Shown here: positions 47,640 through 59,533 of the stretch, one piece after another
How the letters are laid out: each line of letters starts with the position of its first letter
How positions within the stretch are numbered: the first letter of the stretch is position 1
Assembly (NCBI GenBank): GCA_965240325.2
Contig: OZ251249.1
Span: 620,001-684,000 of the forward strand
Direction of reading: 5' to 3'
From: Rebecca billardiae RCC1528
Lineage: Eukaryota; Protista; Haptophyta
DNA: 64,000 bases
Position numbers and translations under genes: made by a program
Notes under the pieces: model-generated
What the model saw: the letters and a program-made list of their open reading frames with translations, nothing else
Databases searched by the model: none
What the model was told of the DNA's origin: nothing

Positions 47640-49241
47640 ATGGCTGCGTGTCGCCCGCGCGTGGCAGGAGCCATCCTGCTCGCTGCGGTTCTCCTCGGCG
47701 CAGCGCCCCGTGTGGCCGATGCTGGTGACGGGGATGGCTGCCGTGACGACAGGCTACACGGCACGCAGCTGGTTTTCATCCACGTGGGCAAGGGTGTGTG
47801 CACTGCTGCGCATGCGCGCAGCCTCTGCATGCGTAACTATGCGGCCCCGGCCGCGTGTCCGACGCAGTCGAAGCCAGCCATGGGCTGGGCATCTGGCGTC
47901 GGCAATCAGCCAGAGGTGGCTGGCTGTGCAGCACACAGTGCCCCGCCTCGTGCGTGCGCCCTGCTGACATCGTAAGGCCCTCGCTGCGCCTGATGCCACC
48001 GCACTGATCGACGCACCGCGCCTCGGCGCCTGCTGCCGCCTTCATTTGATTGTTCGCCGCACCGCGCAGCCGCAGGTGGCAGCGTGCGCGCACTGCTGCG
48101 CCAGTATCGCATCAGCTACTGCGAGGTGCACATGCGCCCGGTGCTGCTGCCGGACCTGGCGGCAGCGTCCGGGCGCAGGGTCGTCGTCCCCATCCGCGAC
48201 CCGGTGGACCGCCTCGTCAGCGCGCTCGCCTACTTCCACCGCAAGGGCAACCCAGCTTCACCTTTCTTCTTCACCAAGAGCGGGCGGTTGAAGCTGAACA
48301 TGAACAAGACAGTCGGGTGTGGCAATGTGCAGTTCACGCGCGCCGACGTCGTGCGCTGCCTCCCCAACGCAGTGCAGCTCGCCAGACTGCTGACTCACAG
48401 CACCGACGCAGCGCCCACCCAGCTCGCAGAGCACGCCCAGTGCCGGCGCATAGCTGCGTGCGTGGTGGACACGCGCAACGGGCTGGGACTGTTCCACGTC
48501 GAGAAGGGCTATCGCTTCCACTTCGACCAGCCAGGCGTGATGCGCGCCCTTGCCACGATGGACGTGTTTGTGGTGCGGCTCCCGGCCTTTGAGGAGGACG
48601 CTCGCCAGCTGGTGCGCTGGGCAAAGCGTAGTGCTGGGCCTGCTGCTGGGGTTGCAGTTGCGGGCAGAGGCGTGCGGGCTGCTGCCATGGAGCAGGTAGC
48701 CACGTCATTCCCTTCAACCCGCAACCATGCTGCTTTGAATGCGTTGGTGCCATCCACTGCCGTCAGTGGAGCCACCAGGGGGCTGGCGGCGGCTGCACAG
48801 GCTGTGCAGCAGTCCGTCGGAGCCGCACTGGGGGAGTTGCGCGGCACCAAGCAGACGGGCTCGACGCACAAGCACAATGAGAGCGCAATATACTCGGCTT
48901 ACTGGGAGCCGCTTGACGAGCAGCTGGCCTCGGCGCTGGCGCGCCGCCTCGAGCCGGAGTACCAGGTCGTGGCGCAGCTGCTGTGCATCAGCACGAACGG
49001 GCACAGCTCGCTGCTGCCGACGGTGCTCGGCAGGCTGCAGCTTGACGGCTGCATCACACACGGTCGACACACCGATCTCGGGGCCGGGCACGACAGCAGC
49101 ACGCCCAATCAACGGGAGGGACGAGCAGTGCCAAACAGCCCGCCAAACACGCCGTATGTGCGCTGGCAATTTGTAGACGACGCATCGCATTCGAAACTAC
49201 CTCAAGTCCGCGTTTCATCGCCCAGAGGGCATTACTTGTAG
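47640..49241 (+). CDS. Sulfotransferase family protein, paralog 3; exons 47640-47793, 48070-49241
   Basis: FIHVGK|AAGGSVR and PIRDPVDRLVSALAYF; same intron. Confidence 0.8.
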
Positions 49242-49979
49242 GCGGCGCGCTCGTCACTGCTCCGAGAAATCGAGCCCCTCTTCACTGCAGCTGCGCACCG
49301 CTAGCAGGCCGGCGCGCGGCCGGGATGCGCGCGTGCGTATTTTAATATTTTATAATAATAATACATATATATTAATATTAACTAACTGACGATGCTCGCG
49401 GACGGACGGCTGCTTAATAATATAATATCGGTGCTGATGAGCTACTACGCGTATTGAGTACGCGTATACGACCGTATTCCGCGCACGACATTATTATTCA
49501 GTAATCAGTTAGCAGCGGGCCCGGCCCCGGCGGCCCGGCGCGGGCCTTGGCAGCGGACTCAGTGCGCGCGCGGTGCGGGGTGCCCAGCAGGCTCCTGCTG
49601 ATATTCGTCACGCGCACGTCGCGACGGCGACGATCAGCACGATCGGCGCCCCGCGGCGCCGTCGTAGTCGCGTAGTACTTATTACTATATGCTGCTAGTA
49701 CCGTTACGCCCTACAGCTAGCTACGGCCGAGCGCTGAGCCGCTGCGCGCACTGCCGCGCGCCGCATCTGATTGATGATCCGTGTCATCGTAGTCAGTCTC
49801 ACTAGTCATCGGCCGCGCCGAGTGCCGCCTGCCAGAGGGCACTTATCATCGTAGTCATCGGCCGCCGAGTGCCGCCGCCTGCCGGACGAGGGCACTTCGG
49901 ACGATTGATTGACACTGATGGCACCCGGAGAGTACCGAGTAGCACGGGGCCGCGCTGATAGTGATGACGGATCATCTCA

Positions 49980-50080
<101 letters not shown>

Positions 50081-50144
50081 AGTGCTGCTCGCGAGCCGTA
50101 TCGGCGCAGCCGATATTAATCATAATAAGCAGTGTATTTATATA

Positions 50145-50696
<552 letters not shown>

Positions 50697-50773
50697 GTCG
50701 TCGGCCAATAACAATATACGATATAGCTAAGCAGACGAAGCGCATCAAGTGACGTGATGGCCGCGCGGCATCA

Positions 50774-52072
50774 TTAATCACCCGCCTCCGCGCCTAGGAG
50801 GTCCACGACGCGCCCGTCCTGCTCCGCTGCCGCCTGCCGGCGGGCGAGCACCTCGTCCAGGGAGAGCTCCTCGAGGATTTCGACGCCGGACGTGTCCTCG
50901 CCGTCGCCGTCGTCATCATCGTCGCCGCCGGCCGCGGACTGGCCGCCGGCGTCCGCTGCTGCCGCTCTCGCGTGCGCCTCGGTGACCGCGGCGACGCCCG
51001 CCGCAGGCAGCGCATCCCAGCCGCCCAGCTGCTTGGCCGCGTCGAGGCCGCCCTGGAGCCGGGGCAGCGCGCAGTCGGCGTGCACGTAGTTCTTGTTGGC
51101 GCGGTTGCGGTAGTAGGTGGTGAAGCCGAAGCGCACGGAGCCCTGTGGGATGGGGTCGTTGCACGCCTTGCACGCAGAGCGGCCAGTCTTGGCGAGCTCC
51201 ACACGATCAAAGGCGATGGGCTCGTGGGCGGGCAACGACGCCTGGACCATGCAGGCGGGGTCCTTGACGGGCAGGTTGAGGTCGTTGGCGGGCACGGGTT
51301 GCCCCTGGCTGCCCACGCTGCCGAACTTGACGATCGTGACCGGCCCATCCCACGTCTTGCTCTCGAGGTGCGCGGCTACCGGGTGGAAGAAGCGCCCGGC
51401 GCTGGGCTGCCACCACGTGATGCAGCCGCCGGCTCGCGCGCGCGCGCCCGTGTGGCTCTGCTTGAGCGGGTTCTGGGTGATCACCTTGCCGCCGCTCCGG
51501 AAGCGAATCCACCGCACGGTGTGCGGCGACGTGCCGGCGCGCGGGCGGTGGAGCTCGCGGTGCCAGAAGACGAGATCTGCGGCCGTCGGAGCGGAGCCGG
51601 AGAAGAGACAGCGAATGCCCGGGGCAGACAGGTCGGTGGGGCTCACGGCGCTCGGGATCGTGGCCTGCCCGGCCTGCGCGGCGGGAGCCGGGGTTGCGGC
51701 GGGACGCCCGCCTCCTTCTTCCTTCGGGACAGGCGCGCTCGCGTCCGCCCCGGCACCCGGCGTATCAGGGTGGGCGTCCACGCGGGGCCGCTTCGCGGAG
51801 GTCGGTGCAGAGAGCCCGCGGGGCCGCGACGCGGCGTCCTCGTCGGGCGCGCTGAGGATGACAGCGCGTGTGTCCTCGAGTTCGCGCTCGGTGAGGATGC
51901 CCTGCTCGTTCAGCGCGTAGGCCACGCGAAGCTGGCGCACGCGCCACGCCTCCATGCCCGCGCCCGTCTCCAGGATGGATGTCTTGACGCGCTGGAAGGC
52001 GTCGTCGTCGAGCACCCGGTCATCGCGGAGGCTCTTGAGGTCGCGCAGCTGCTTCACCCGAGCGTCGTCCAT
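50774..52072 (-). CDS. PARP-type zinc-finger protein with two N-terminal SHOCT-like motifs
   Basis: RVELAKTGRSACKACNDPIPQGSVRFG...YVHADC is a zf-PARP signature. QLRDLKSLRDDRVLDDDAFQRVKTSIL and QLRVAYALNEQGILTERELEDTRAVIL are SHOCT-like. Start is uncertain; upstream exons are possible. Confidence 0.78.
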   Translation of the reverse strand: MDDARVKQLRDLKSLRDDRVLDDDAFQRVKTSILETGAGMEAWRVRQLRVAYALNEQGILTERELEDTRAVILSAPDEDAASRPRGLSAPTSAKRPRVDAHPDTPGAGADASAPVPKEEGGGRPAATPAPAAQAGQATIPSAVSPTDLSAPGIRCLFSGSAPTAADLVFWHRELHRPRAGTSPHTVRWIRFRSGGKVITQNPLKQSHTGARARAGGCITWWQPSAGRFFHPVAAHLESKTWDGPVTIVKFGSVGSQGQPVPANDLNLPVKDPACMVQASLPAHEPIAFDRVELAKTGRSACKACNDPIPQGSVRFGFTTYYRNRANKNYVHADCALPRLQGGLDAAKQLGGWDALPAAGVAAVTEAHARAAAADAGGQSAAGGDDDDDGDGEDTSGVEILEELSLDEVLARRQAAAEQDGRVVDLLGAEAGD

Positions 52073-53050
52073 GACAAGGCCAAGGGTGGTGGGTGGCAGG
52101 GCTGGCGAGGGCGGTTGGCTGGCGCCTTCGGCGGCCGTCTGCTGCGCTGCGAGCGCGCCCGCTGCCGCTCCCAAGCCGCTCAGCTGCTGCTCTGGAGCTC
52201 ACGGGCGGGGAGAGACCGGAGAGTGCGCGAGTCACCGCCGCTCCGGCTGGGCGCTGGCCGCTGCGCCGCCCGTTGGCGCTGGCCGGAATGGCCGCGTGCG
52301 TGCGCGAACGCCCGCCTCGCATCGCGCGTCCTGCGCGCAGAGCGCGCGCTCGGCCACGCGCGGTGCGGCGGTGTCGAGGCGGGCATACTCCTGGCCCTCT
52401 TCGCGCCGCGCAACGCCGCCCACGCCCACCGCCGCTCGCACGCGCAGGCCTGCTGCGCACAGCTTGGGCTTTTCAGCACCGGCTGGCGGCGGCGCGCGGG
52501 GCCGAGGGCTCGGCCGGTCATGCGACGCTCGGCCTGGCCGGGACTTTGCGGATGCGTGGGTAGTGTTATCGCTTGACTGGATGCCGGGCGTCGCCGTCAG
52601 AGTGTATTCGCAAGGCGCGCCTGTAGTGGTCGACAGGGCGCAGTGCGCTCGCCCTCCGGAGCCGGGGCAGCGGACGTACCGGTAGGCGCGCGCGCACACA
52701 GCGGGGCTGTCGAGCTGCTTCCGGCTGGGTAGATCGACGGTGTAAGCAATGCATCAGCCCTGGTCTGGGGGGCGTGCGCGGGTTCGGAGGCCGGTGAATG
52801 CTCGGCGCGGACCCACGTGTCTTGTCTGGCACGTATGCGCGACAGCTCGGCTGCTGAGTCTCGAGGATGAGTGGCAGAGCACTTGCCGTCGTCCTGGTGG
52901 TGGCGATGCCTTGGCCGGGACAAAGCCAGCTCGTGTCTCCTCTGTAGCCGCCTGCTGCCGTCGACACGCCACCCAAGGCCTGCGGTCGACGGGCGGCTGC
53001 GTCTGAACGACTGAACCGGGACTGTCTGTGGCGGCACAAACTCGAAGCCC

Positions 53051-53162
53051 GGCGGCCGGCCGTAGTGCCTGGTGGCACCACTACTAGTGGTGGGCGAGCA
53101 CTCGCTGCGCCAGGCGCGCCCACCACTAGTAGTGGTGCCACCAGGCACTACGGCCAGCCGCC
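53051..53162. repeat. Long hairpin: 46-bp inverted arms, 20-nt loop
   Basis: 53051-53096 vs 53117-53162 with one mismatch; followed by a 12-bp-stem hairpin at ~53165-53198. Confidence 0.92.
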
Positions 53163-53818
53163 AGGCTGAGTTCGCGGGGGGATATCGCGAACTCAGCGCG
53201 AGAGGGCTGAGTTCATGGGGGATATCGTCGCCAGGTCTGGTAGAGTTCCATGAGCTGACGGGCACGATTCCGAATACAAGCGTAGCGTCCAACTGCATGC
53301 TACCTGTCTATAGATAGCCCGTTAGGCGTTACTTATCAGACAGTGGCCTAGTACCTCACTCAGTACAGTGCGCATAGTCCGTCGTCCTGAGTCCTGACAT
53401 TGTCGTTGCGACTGCTCGGCGGGTCATGCATCATATTGTAGTACTGCTATACCGGTCCCGCTAATACTCGCCATCAACTGCCTTCGTGAACGCGTGCACA
53501 CGCCGCACAGGGCCGGCCGCCGCCGGGGTCGCGCCTGTGCTCGAGAGACCTTCGCCGGCGCGCCTTGCGCCGTCAACGCTGTCGGGCCGCCACGACTCCG
53601 CGGCGTCTCACAGGATGGTCACGTTCGGAGCGCCCCCTCCGTCTTCGCGTTGCTCCCGCGCGCCAACCTCGCCCGGCAGCGGCATCATCGCCACGGTGCC
53701 ACCCCCACGTTGCCGAGATGGGCCGCGGCCGCTGGGGACGGCTGCTGCCCCTCGGCGCGCGAGATGCCGCCCGTTCCCTGCGACGTGCCGGGCGCGGCGC
53801 TTGCCGATTGTATCAGCA

Positions 53819-54955
53819 TCACATGCGCGCCGTCACCTCCTGCTGGTCCGGCTCCCGGGTGAGTGTCGGGTCGGCGACACCGCCGGCGCCGTCGTCGCCG
53901 GCGCTCTTACAGCTCTTGGCGTACAGCACGGCGCCGGCGATGGCGCAGCAGCAGCAGACTGGCAGCAGTACGGCCGGGGCGATGGCCCAGTCCTCCACGC
54001 CAGAGTCGACCGCCGCGCGGCCGGCAGAGCTGTCGCCCTCAGGGTCATCGTCGTCTTTATCGTCGTCGTCACCGCCACCACCGCTGTCGCCACCATCACC
54101 GCCGCCGCCGCCGCCGCCGCCGCTCGAGGCGGGCGGCGGCGCGGGCGGCGGCGCGGAGTTGAGCAGCTGCGGCGCGGCGCTCTGGACCGTCCGCCCCGTC
54201 GCCGCCTCGATCCGCTCAAAGAGGCTCGTAATCTCGGCCGTATTTTCCTGCTTGCGCCGCACCGAGATCAAATCCCCGTGAATGCCCGCGACCTGCCTGA
54301 CGATGAGAGTGACGCTCACGCTCGCCGGCTCGACCTGCGTCACATTCACGTCGGCGGGAGGCACGCCGAGCGCGCTCTCGCCGGCAGTGGCCTCCTCGAA
54401 CGCCTCTGTGTCGGCCTCCGCCCATGTCACCACGTCGCCACTCAGCCCGACGCTCGCCTCGGTGGTAAGCACGGCGGCGCCTGGTGACTCGGCGGGCCAC
54501 GGGGAGAGCGGCGGCAAGCGCAGCAGCTTGGGCGGCGAGGGCGGCGGCGAGGGCGAGCCTGGCGGCAGAGGTGGCGAGCCCGGCCGCATGGGCGGCGGCG
54601 GGCTCGGCGCGGCGGAATCGGCGGTGGTAGCGTGGGGCTCGTCGTCGCCACCATCATCGGGCGGCGTTTCGCGTGCGCGCGCGCTTTGCCTGGGCTCGCG
54701 GCTGGCCGGCTCTGCGCGTGCGCTGTTGGCGTCCCCGTCGGCACGGTCGCGCCCACGGCCGCGCTCGCCACGGCCACCTTCGCACCGCCAACGCTTACGC
54801 TCGGCAGCAGACTCGCGTCTCCTCTGGTGCCCGTCGCTGTGCCCCCATCGGCTGTGCTGCCCAGTCAAGAGCTGGCCACGGATTACGAGAATGGCCGCAT
54901 GCCCAGCGGCCGCTGTGAGCGCGCATGCGAGGAGCACGCGTCGCCGGGTCGGCAT
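53819..54955 (-). CDS. Putative type I membrane protein (signal peptide, Pro-rich stalk, C-terminal TM with Cys cluster)
   Basis: MPTRRRVLLACALTAAAGHAAILVI; SPPPP tracts; a small alpha/beta segment (ALGVPPADVNVTQVEPASVSVTLIV); TM WAIAPAVLLPVCCCCAIAGAVLY. Confidence 0.6.
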   Translation of the reverse strand: MPTRRRVLLACALTAAAGHAAILVIRGQLLTGQHSRWGHSDGHQRRRESAAERKRWRCEGGRGERGRGRDRADGDANSARAEPASREPRQSARARETPPDDGGDDEPHATTADSAAPSPPPPMRPGSPPLPPGSPSPPPSPPKLLRLPPLSPWPAESPGAAVLTTEASVGLSGDVVTWAEADTEAFEEATAGESALGVPPADVNVTQVEPASVSVTLIVRQVAGIHGDLISVRRKQENTAEITSLFERIEAATGRTVQSAAPQLLNSAPPPAPPPASSGGGGGGGGDGGDSGGGGDDDDKDDDDPEGDSSAGRAAVDSGVEDWAIAPAVLLPVCCCCAIAGAVLYAKSCKSAGDDGAGGVADPTLTREPDQQEVTARM

Positions 54956-55059
54956 TGCTTACAAAACGCGAAGGACGCAACCGAGGCTTCGTACTGTAGC
55001 CCTGGAAGCGCATCCAAGCAAAGGAATCAAGGGCATCTGATGCGCGATTTATTAGTTAG

Positions 55060-55110
55060 TACAGTTTACTAAGAATAAGAGACGCACACAGCTCATCAGG
55101 CAGGCGAGAT
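55060..55110 (-). repeat. Solo TIR-like repeat A (inverted copy)
   Basis: TACAGTTTACTAAGAATAAGAGACGCACACAGCTCATCAGGCAGGCGAGAT. Confidence 0.85.
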
Positions 55111-55167
55111 TATTTCGCGAGGCATTTTCGTGCCGACCACGACTGACGAGTTCAGCAACACGTCAGC

Positions 55168-56494
55168 ATGGCTGCGCGTCGCCTGCGCGGGGCAGGAGCC
55201 ATCCTGCTCTCTGCGCTTCTCCTCGGCGCGGCGCCCCGTGCGGCGGATGCTGGTGACGGGGATGGCTGCCGTCACGGTATAAACGGCACGCGGCTAGCCT
55301 TCATCCACGTGGGCAAGGGTGTGCGCATCAGCGAGCCGTGCGGAGCGTGCGGCGCGGTTCACCGTTGCGCCCTCCTGACACACTCGCACGTCCTGCGGCC
55401 GCCCTGGTTGCTGCTGCGCGCGTGGGCTCGGTGGCGCAGCCGCGGGCGGCAGCGTGCGTGCGCTCCTACGCCAGTACCGCATCGGCTTTTGTGAGCGGCA
55501 CATGCGCCCCGTGCTACTGTCCGACCTGGCGGCTGCAGCCGGGGGACAGGTGGTCATTCCGGTGCGCGACCCAATCGAGCGGTTCGTCAGCGCCCTCGCG
55601 CACATCCACCGCAAGTACAACCCCGCGTGCCCCTTCTACCACCAGACGCGCTCCGCCGGCACGCCCTCCGGGCGGAACGCCACGCGGCACAGGCTAGAGA
55701 AGGTCGTCGGGAGCGACGGCGGGATGCACTTCTCGCGCGAGCATTTCTTTCGGTGCGTCCCGAGTGCGTGGCACTTTGCGCAGCTGCTCGCGCGCACCGA
55801 CGACGTCGCTGAGGCCGAGGGATCGGGCGACGAGCGCGCGCAGTGCAGGCGCATCGCGGCGTACGTCGCGAGCTCCCGCGCCAAGGTGGGCCTATGGCAC
55901 CTCGACAAGGGCTTCGCCTTCCACCTCGCGCAGCAGCCAGGCGTGATGCGCGCGCTCGCGCGCATGGATGTGTACACGGTCCGCGTCGAGGCGTTCGAGG
56001 CGGACGCGCGCGGGCTGGTGCGCTGGGCGAGGCGCACGGGGACGGCGGCTGGCGGCGGCGGCCGCGCGGTGGGTCGCGGCGCCGGCGTGGCGAGGAGACT
56101 GCGCGCAGCTCCGTCCTCGCCCGGATTGGCTGTTGGTGCTCCAGGTGCGACGACTGCAGGGGTGCATGCTGACGTGCCAGCAGCCGCCGTCACATTCAGA
56201 ACACGCGCGGGCACGGCAACGGTCACTGCCGGTGGCGCGGCGGGCGCGCCGCGCGTGCACCAGCAGGGCCGGTGGAACTCCTACAGCGCGCATTGGAAGC
56301 CGCTCACAAAGCAGCAGCTCGCGCTGCTGGCGCACCACCTCGAGCCGGAGTACCAGGTCGTCGCGCAGCTGCTGTGCATCAGCGCCAACGGGCGCCGCTT
56401 GCCGCGCCCTGTCGTCCTCGGCCAGCTGGAGCTGGTCAGCTGCGCGCCCTGGCCTGAAGTTGCGCGCTGGCGGATACGATCGGCTGCCGGCTGA
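55168..56494 (+). CDS. Sulfotransferase family protein, paralog 4 (more diverged); exons 55168-55318, 55440-56494
   Basis: FIHVGK|AAGGSVR, PVRDPIERFVSALAHI, and the shared tail LEPEYQVVAQLLCISANG. Confidence 0.8.
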
Positions 56495-56531
56495 CAGTAT
56501 GATGCTGTCGACACCACCGATCCTGATGGCG

Positions 56532-57760
56532 GGCTCCGGCTTCGGTTGACCCCTGCCAGTCCGGTCATAGAAACCGGGCGTACCGAAAATGAAAACGACC
56601 TTCGCGAGGTCGCACGGAGGCGGTCGAAGGCTTGCTGGACTCGGGCTGGCGTGCTGAGCGCGAATCCGCACCGTTTGCCGCGATCGCTTGTTTTTACACG
56701 GCGTCAGAGCCCGAATTTCACCATTTCTACTGGGAGTCCGGGTACTTTTGCCCACTGCCATGGTGGTGCGGGCGCGACGTGCGCAGCGTGTTCGACGCCG
56801 ACGTCTCGGACGAACAGCTGCGAGCTACTCTTGGCGAACGCGATGCCGAGCACCTCCTGGCGGTCGCGCGTGACCTCGCGATCGTGCACACGGTGGACAC
56901 CACCACCGACCGCCGCCTGCGCAGCGGCGCCGCCACAGCTGCAGCCAATCTGCTCGACTCGCTCGTGCCGGAGTTGTGGATCGCCATCGAGGTGAAGCCG
57001 CAGCGTCGGTTCGGGAGGCGGCGCGCGGGCGACGTCGAGGACCAGTGGCTCCGCCAGGGCTACTGGATCGCGCGCACCGTGGACGCAGGCGACGGCTCGT
57101 GCATTGTCAAGAAGTTCCAGGTGGCCGGCTCCCTTGACAACGTGTCGTTTGCAGCCAACGAGGCCGCGGTGGCCATCAAGTGGTGGGACCGCATCCCGGA
57201 CGACGCGAGCGGGCTCTCGCTTGCCGAATGGGACGCAGTTGCCGCTGGGAACGACGGCGACACGCGCTTCATCGTCAACTCCAGCAACATCCGCGGCGTT
57301 GTCGAGCTCACGCCCGTGCAACCGATCACGCCGGCTTTCAGCGGCGCCCCAGCACGCGGCACGAGGCGGAGGCACGCGGCAGCGGCGGCGGAGCGGCCGC
57401 GCCCAGCGGTGTACCAGCTGAGCGAGGAGCGGCACAATGCTCTCCGCGCGCAGCTGACCAACCAGAGCGCGCTCGCGAGTGCGGGGCGGTGAGCTGTGAC
57501 ATCACTGTCTGAATACAAGTTCCGTCAGAGATACCCATGTCAATATACAGTTACCCATGTTTCGGATTTCGGTCGCATTTTTGTATGTGTCACTTATAAA
57601 AATGAGTCTGAATCCTATTGGGAGGTGGGTGTATGCTCAATGTCGCTTGGAAGTCATCAATCGGGGGTCGGGAGGGACCCGGCTATATGGTCCGCTCGAG
57701 TGACTTCGACTCGGTTCTCAGAATGCCCGCCACTGGCAGGGGTCAACCGAATCCGGAGCC
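56532..57760. mobile_element. 1.23-kb TIR DNA transposon (internal-deletion derivative) with 29-bp TIRs and 4-bp TSD GGCG
   Basis: GGCTCCGGCTTCGGTTGACCCCTGCCAGT (56532-56560) vs 57732-57760, one mismatch; GGCG at 56528-56531 and 57761-57764. Confidence 0.88.
56632..57492 (+). pseudogene. ATG-less ORF inside the TIR element, probably a C-terminal remnant of an element-encoded protein
   Basis: 286-codon open frame with globular composition (GYWIART, AVAIKWWDR, FIVNSSNIRG); no Met codon; lies entirely between the TIRs. Confidence 0.55.
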
Positions 57761-58018
57761 GGCGCTCGGTTCGTCGTCCGGGCTTCAAGCTGACAGCGGG
57801 CCCCGAGGGGCCCGCCGCTGGACCTGGTAGTGGTACCCCGGCGCAGCGGCGGCACTGCCGCACGGGCGATGATCAGCAGCACGACTGACGGCGCTACGCG
57901 CTGCATGAATATGCTGCTGCTGAATAAGCTGATACGCGACGCGCCCGCGACGTGAGTGCCGCTGCATATCAGTTCGCCCGCCCGCGCGTGTGAATCGGCG
58001 GATCATCGGATGGCAGTG

Positions 58019-59137
58019 CTACGTGAAGATGATCTCGCGCTCGGCCCAACCGAGTGCCGCCTTGTGCCTGTTGAAGTGGGTGGTCACCTCCTCCAAGATC
58101 CGCTCGTGCAGCTCGTCAATCTGCTCCTCCGTCGGCTCGCCCTCCGTCTTTTGCACGTCGATCGGCCTGCCGACGACCATCGTGATCTGCGCGCGCCGCG
58201 GGATCGGCAGCCCCCACCGCCCCCAGTACAGGAAGAGCGACGCTTGCAGCTTGCGCGAGAGCGCCTCGAGCACGCCGAAGCGGTCGTACCACGAGGAGAA
58301 CGCGGCGGTGTTGCCAAAGGAGTACGCCGGCACGATCGGCGTGCCCGTGCGCAGCGCGAGCCGCGCGAGCCCGCGGCGCGACTTCATCGCCACGACCTCG
58401 ACGTCTGCCTGCGCCATCCCCAGCTTGCGCGCCGTGTTGGCGGTGAAGATGCCGGCAACGCCGTCCGGCACGATGCCGACGCACACGCCGCGGCCGACGG
58501 TCTTCTCGATCGAGCGTCGGTCCACGGGCACGCACTCGAACAGCGTGAGGTAGCGCAGGAAGGGCGTGTTGAAGACGACGGACGCGGGCGCGCCCGCGAA
58601 ATGTTTGAAGCCGAACGTGTTGATCGCCGGGATGGAGAGGATGTTGGCGAAGGGGAGGACGCCGTGCGGCGGGCTGGTGCCGATCCACGGGCGGCACGCC
58701 TGTGCCTGCTCCATGTCGTCATCGCACCACACGAAGCGGTACGAGAAGTACTTGTACAGCCAGAGCGTGAGCGGCGAGCGCGCGAGCGCAGCCGCAAAGC
58801 CCGGCCCAGGCATCGGGTGAAACGACAGCGCGGCGGCGAGGGCCACGGTGAAGGCGCGCACGCGCCACGAGCCAATGAAGAGCGCAAGGAGCGAGCCGAA
58901 CGTCCAGATCAGCGGGCCGCCCAGCCAGACGAACATGACTGCGAGCACCGTGAGCTCCTCGTGCCACGCGATCGCGGCCGGCACGTGCAACGAGCCGGGC
59001 GCAAACCCTTCTGGGCCGGCGTGGCGCACCATGCCGGCGACGAGCGCACGGCGCTCGTCAGTCTCCATGCGCAGGCTCTCCAGCGGCGCCGCATACAGCG
59101 GCAGCGCGTGGTAGCTGCGCGGCTCTGGCAGCACCAT
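58019..59137 (-). CDS. DGAT2: Diacylglycerol O-acyltransferase type 2 (DGAT2/MGAT family)
   Basis: YKYF, PPHGVLPF (HPHG variant), VFNTPFLR, GIVPDGVAGIF, RRGLARLALRTGTPIVPAYSFGNT, GLPIPRR..ITMVVGRPI. ATG at 59137 chosen. Confidence 0.9.
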   Translation of the reverse strand: MVLPEPRSYHALPLYAAPLESLRMETDERRALVAGMVRHAGPEGFAPGSLHVPAAIAWHEELTVLAVMFVWLGGPLIWTFGSLLALFIGSWRVRAFTVALAAALSFHPMPGPGFAAALARSPLTLWLYKYFSYRFVWCDDDMEQAQACRPWIGTSPPHGVLPFANILSIPAINTFGFKHFAGAPASVVFNTPFLRYLTLFECVPVDRRSIEKTVGRGVCVGIVPDGVAGIFTANTARKLGMAQADVEVVAMKSRRGLARLALRTGTPIVPAYSFGNTAAFSSWYDRFGVLEALSRKLQASLFLYWGRWGLPIPRRAQITMVVGRPIDVQKTEGEPTEEQIDELHERILEEVTTHFNRHKAALGWAEREIIFT

Positions 59138-59533
59138 GCCTCCCGCGCGATCGTCGCGGCCTTCGGTCGTCCGCCGTCGCACGGGCGGAATGAAGGCCGT
59201 GAATCTTCGCGGCCACCCGCCGAAGACGACGACGACCACGCTACTGTACAAGCTTTTGCGAAGAGAATCGGTCAGGGTCGCTTGCCGGTAGCGCGGGTAG
59301 CAGAACTGCATGCACCGCGCCCGCTCAGTGCGTCCGGGGCCGAGGCGCGGACGCTCACCGCTCTTGCGAGGTCGCAGGGCCCGACAACTCGAAGACGAAG
59401 ACACGACTGCGCGTGAACCTGCCAAGACCGTTGCTCGTTAACTTGGCTCCAGCTGCCTGGCTAGCTGACGTGTAGCTCACTCCGCATGCGCCCCGTGACA
59501 GCGGTACACGTGCCGAGAACCGTCGGCTCGGCG

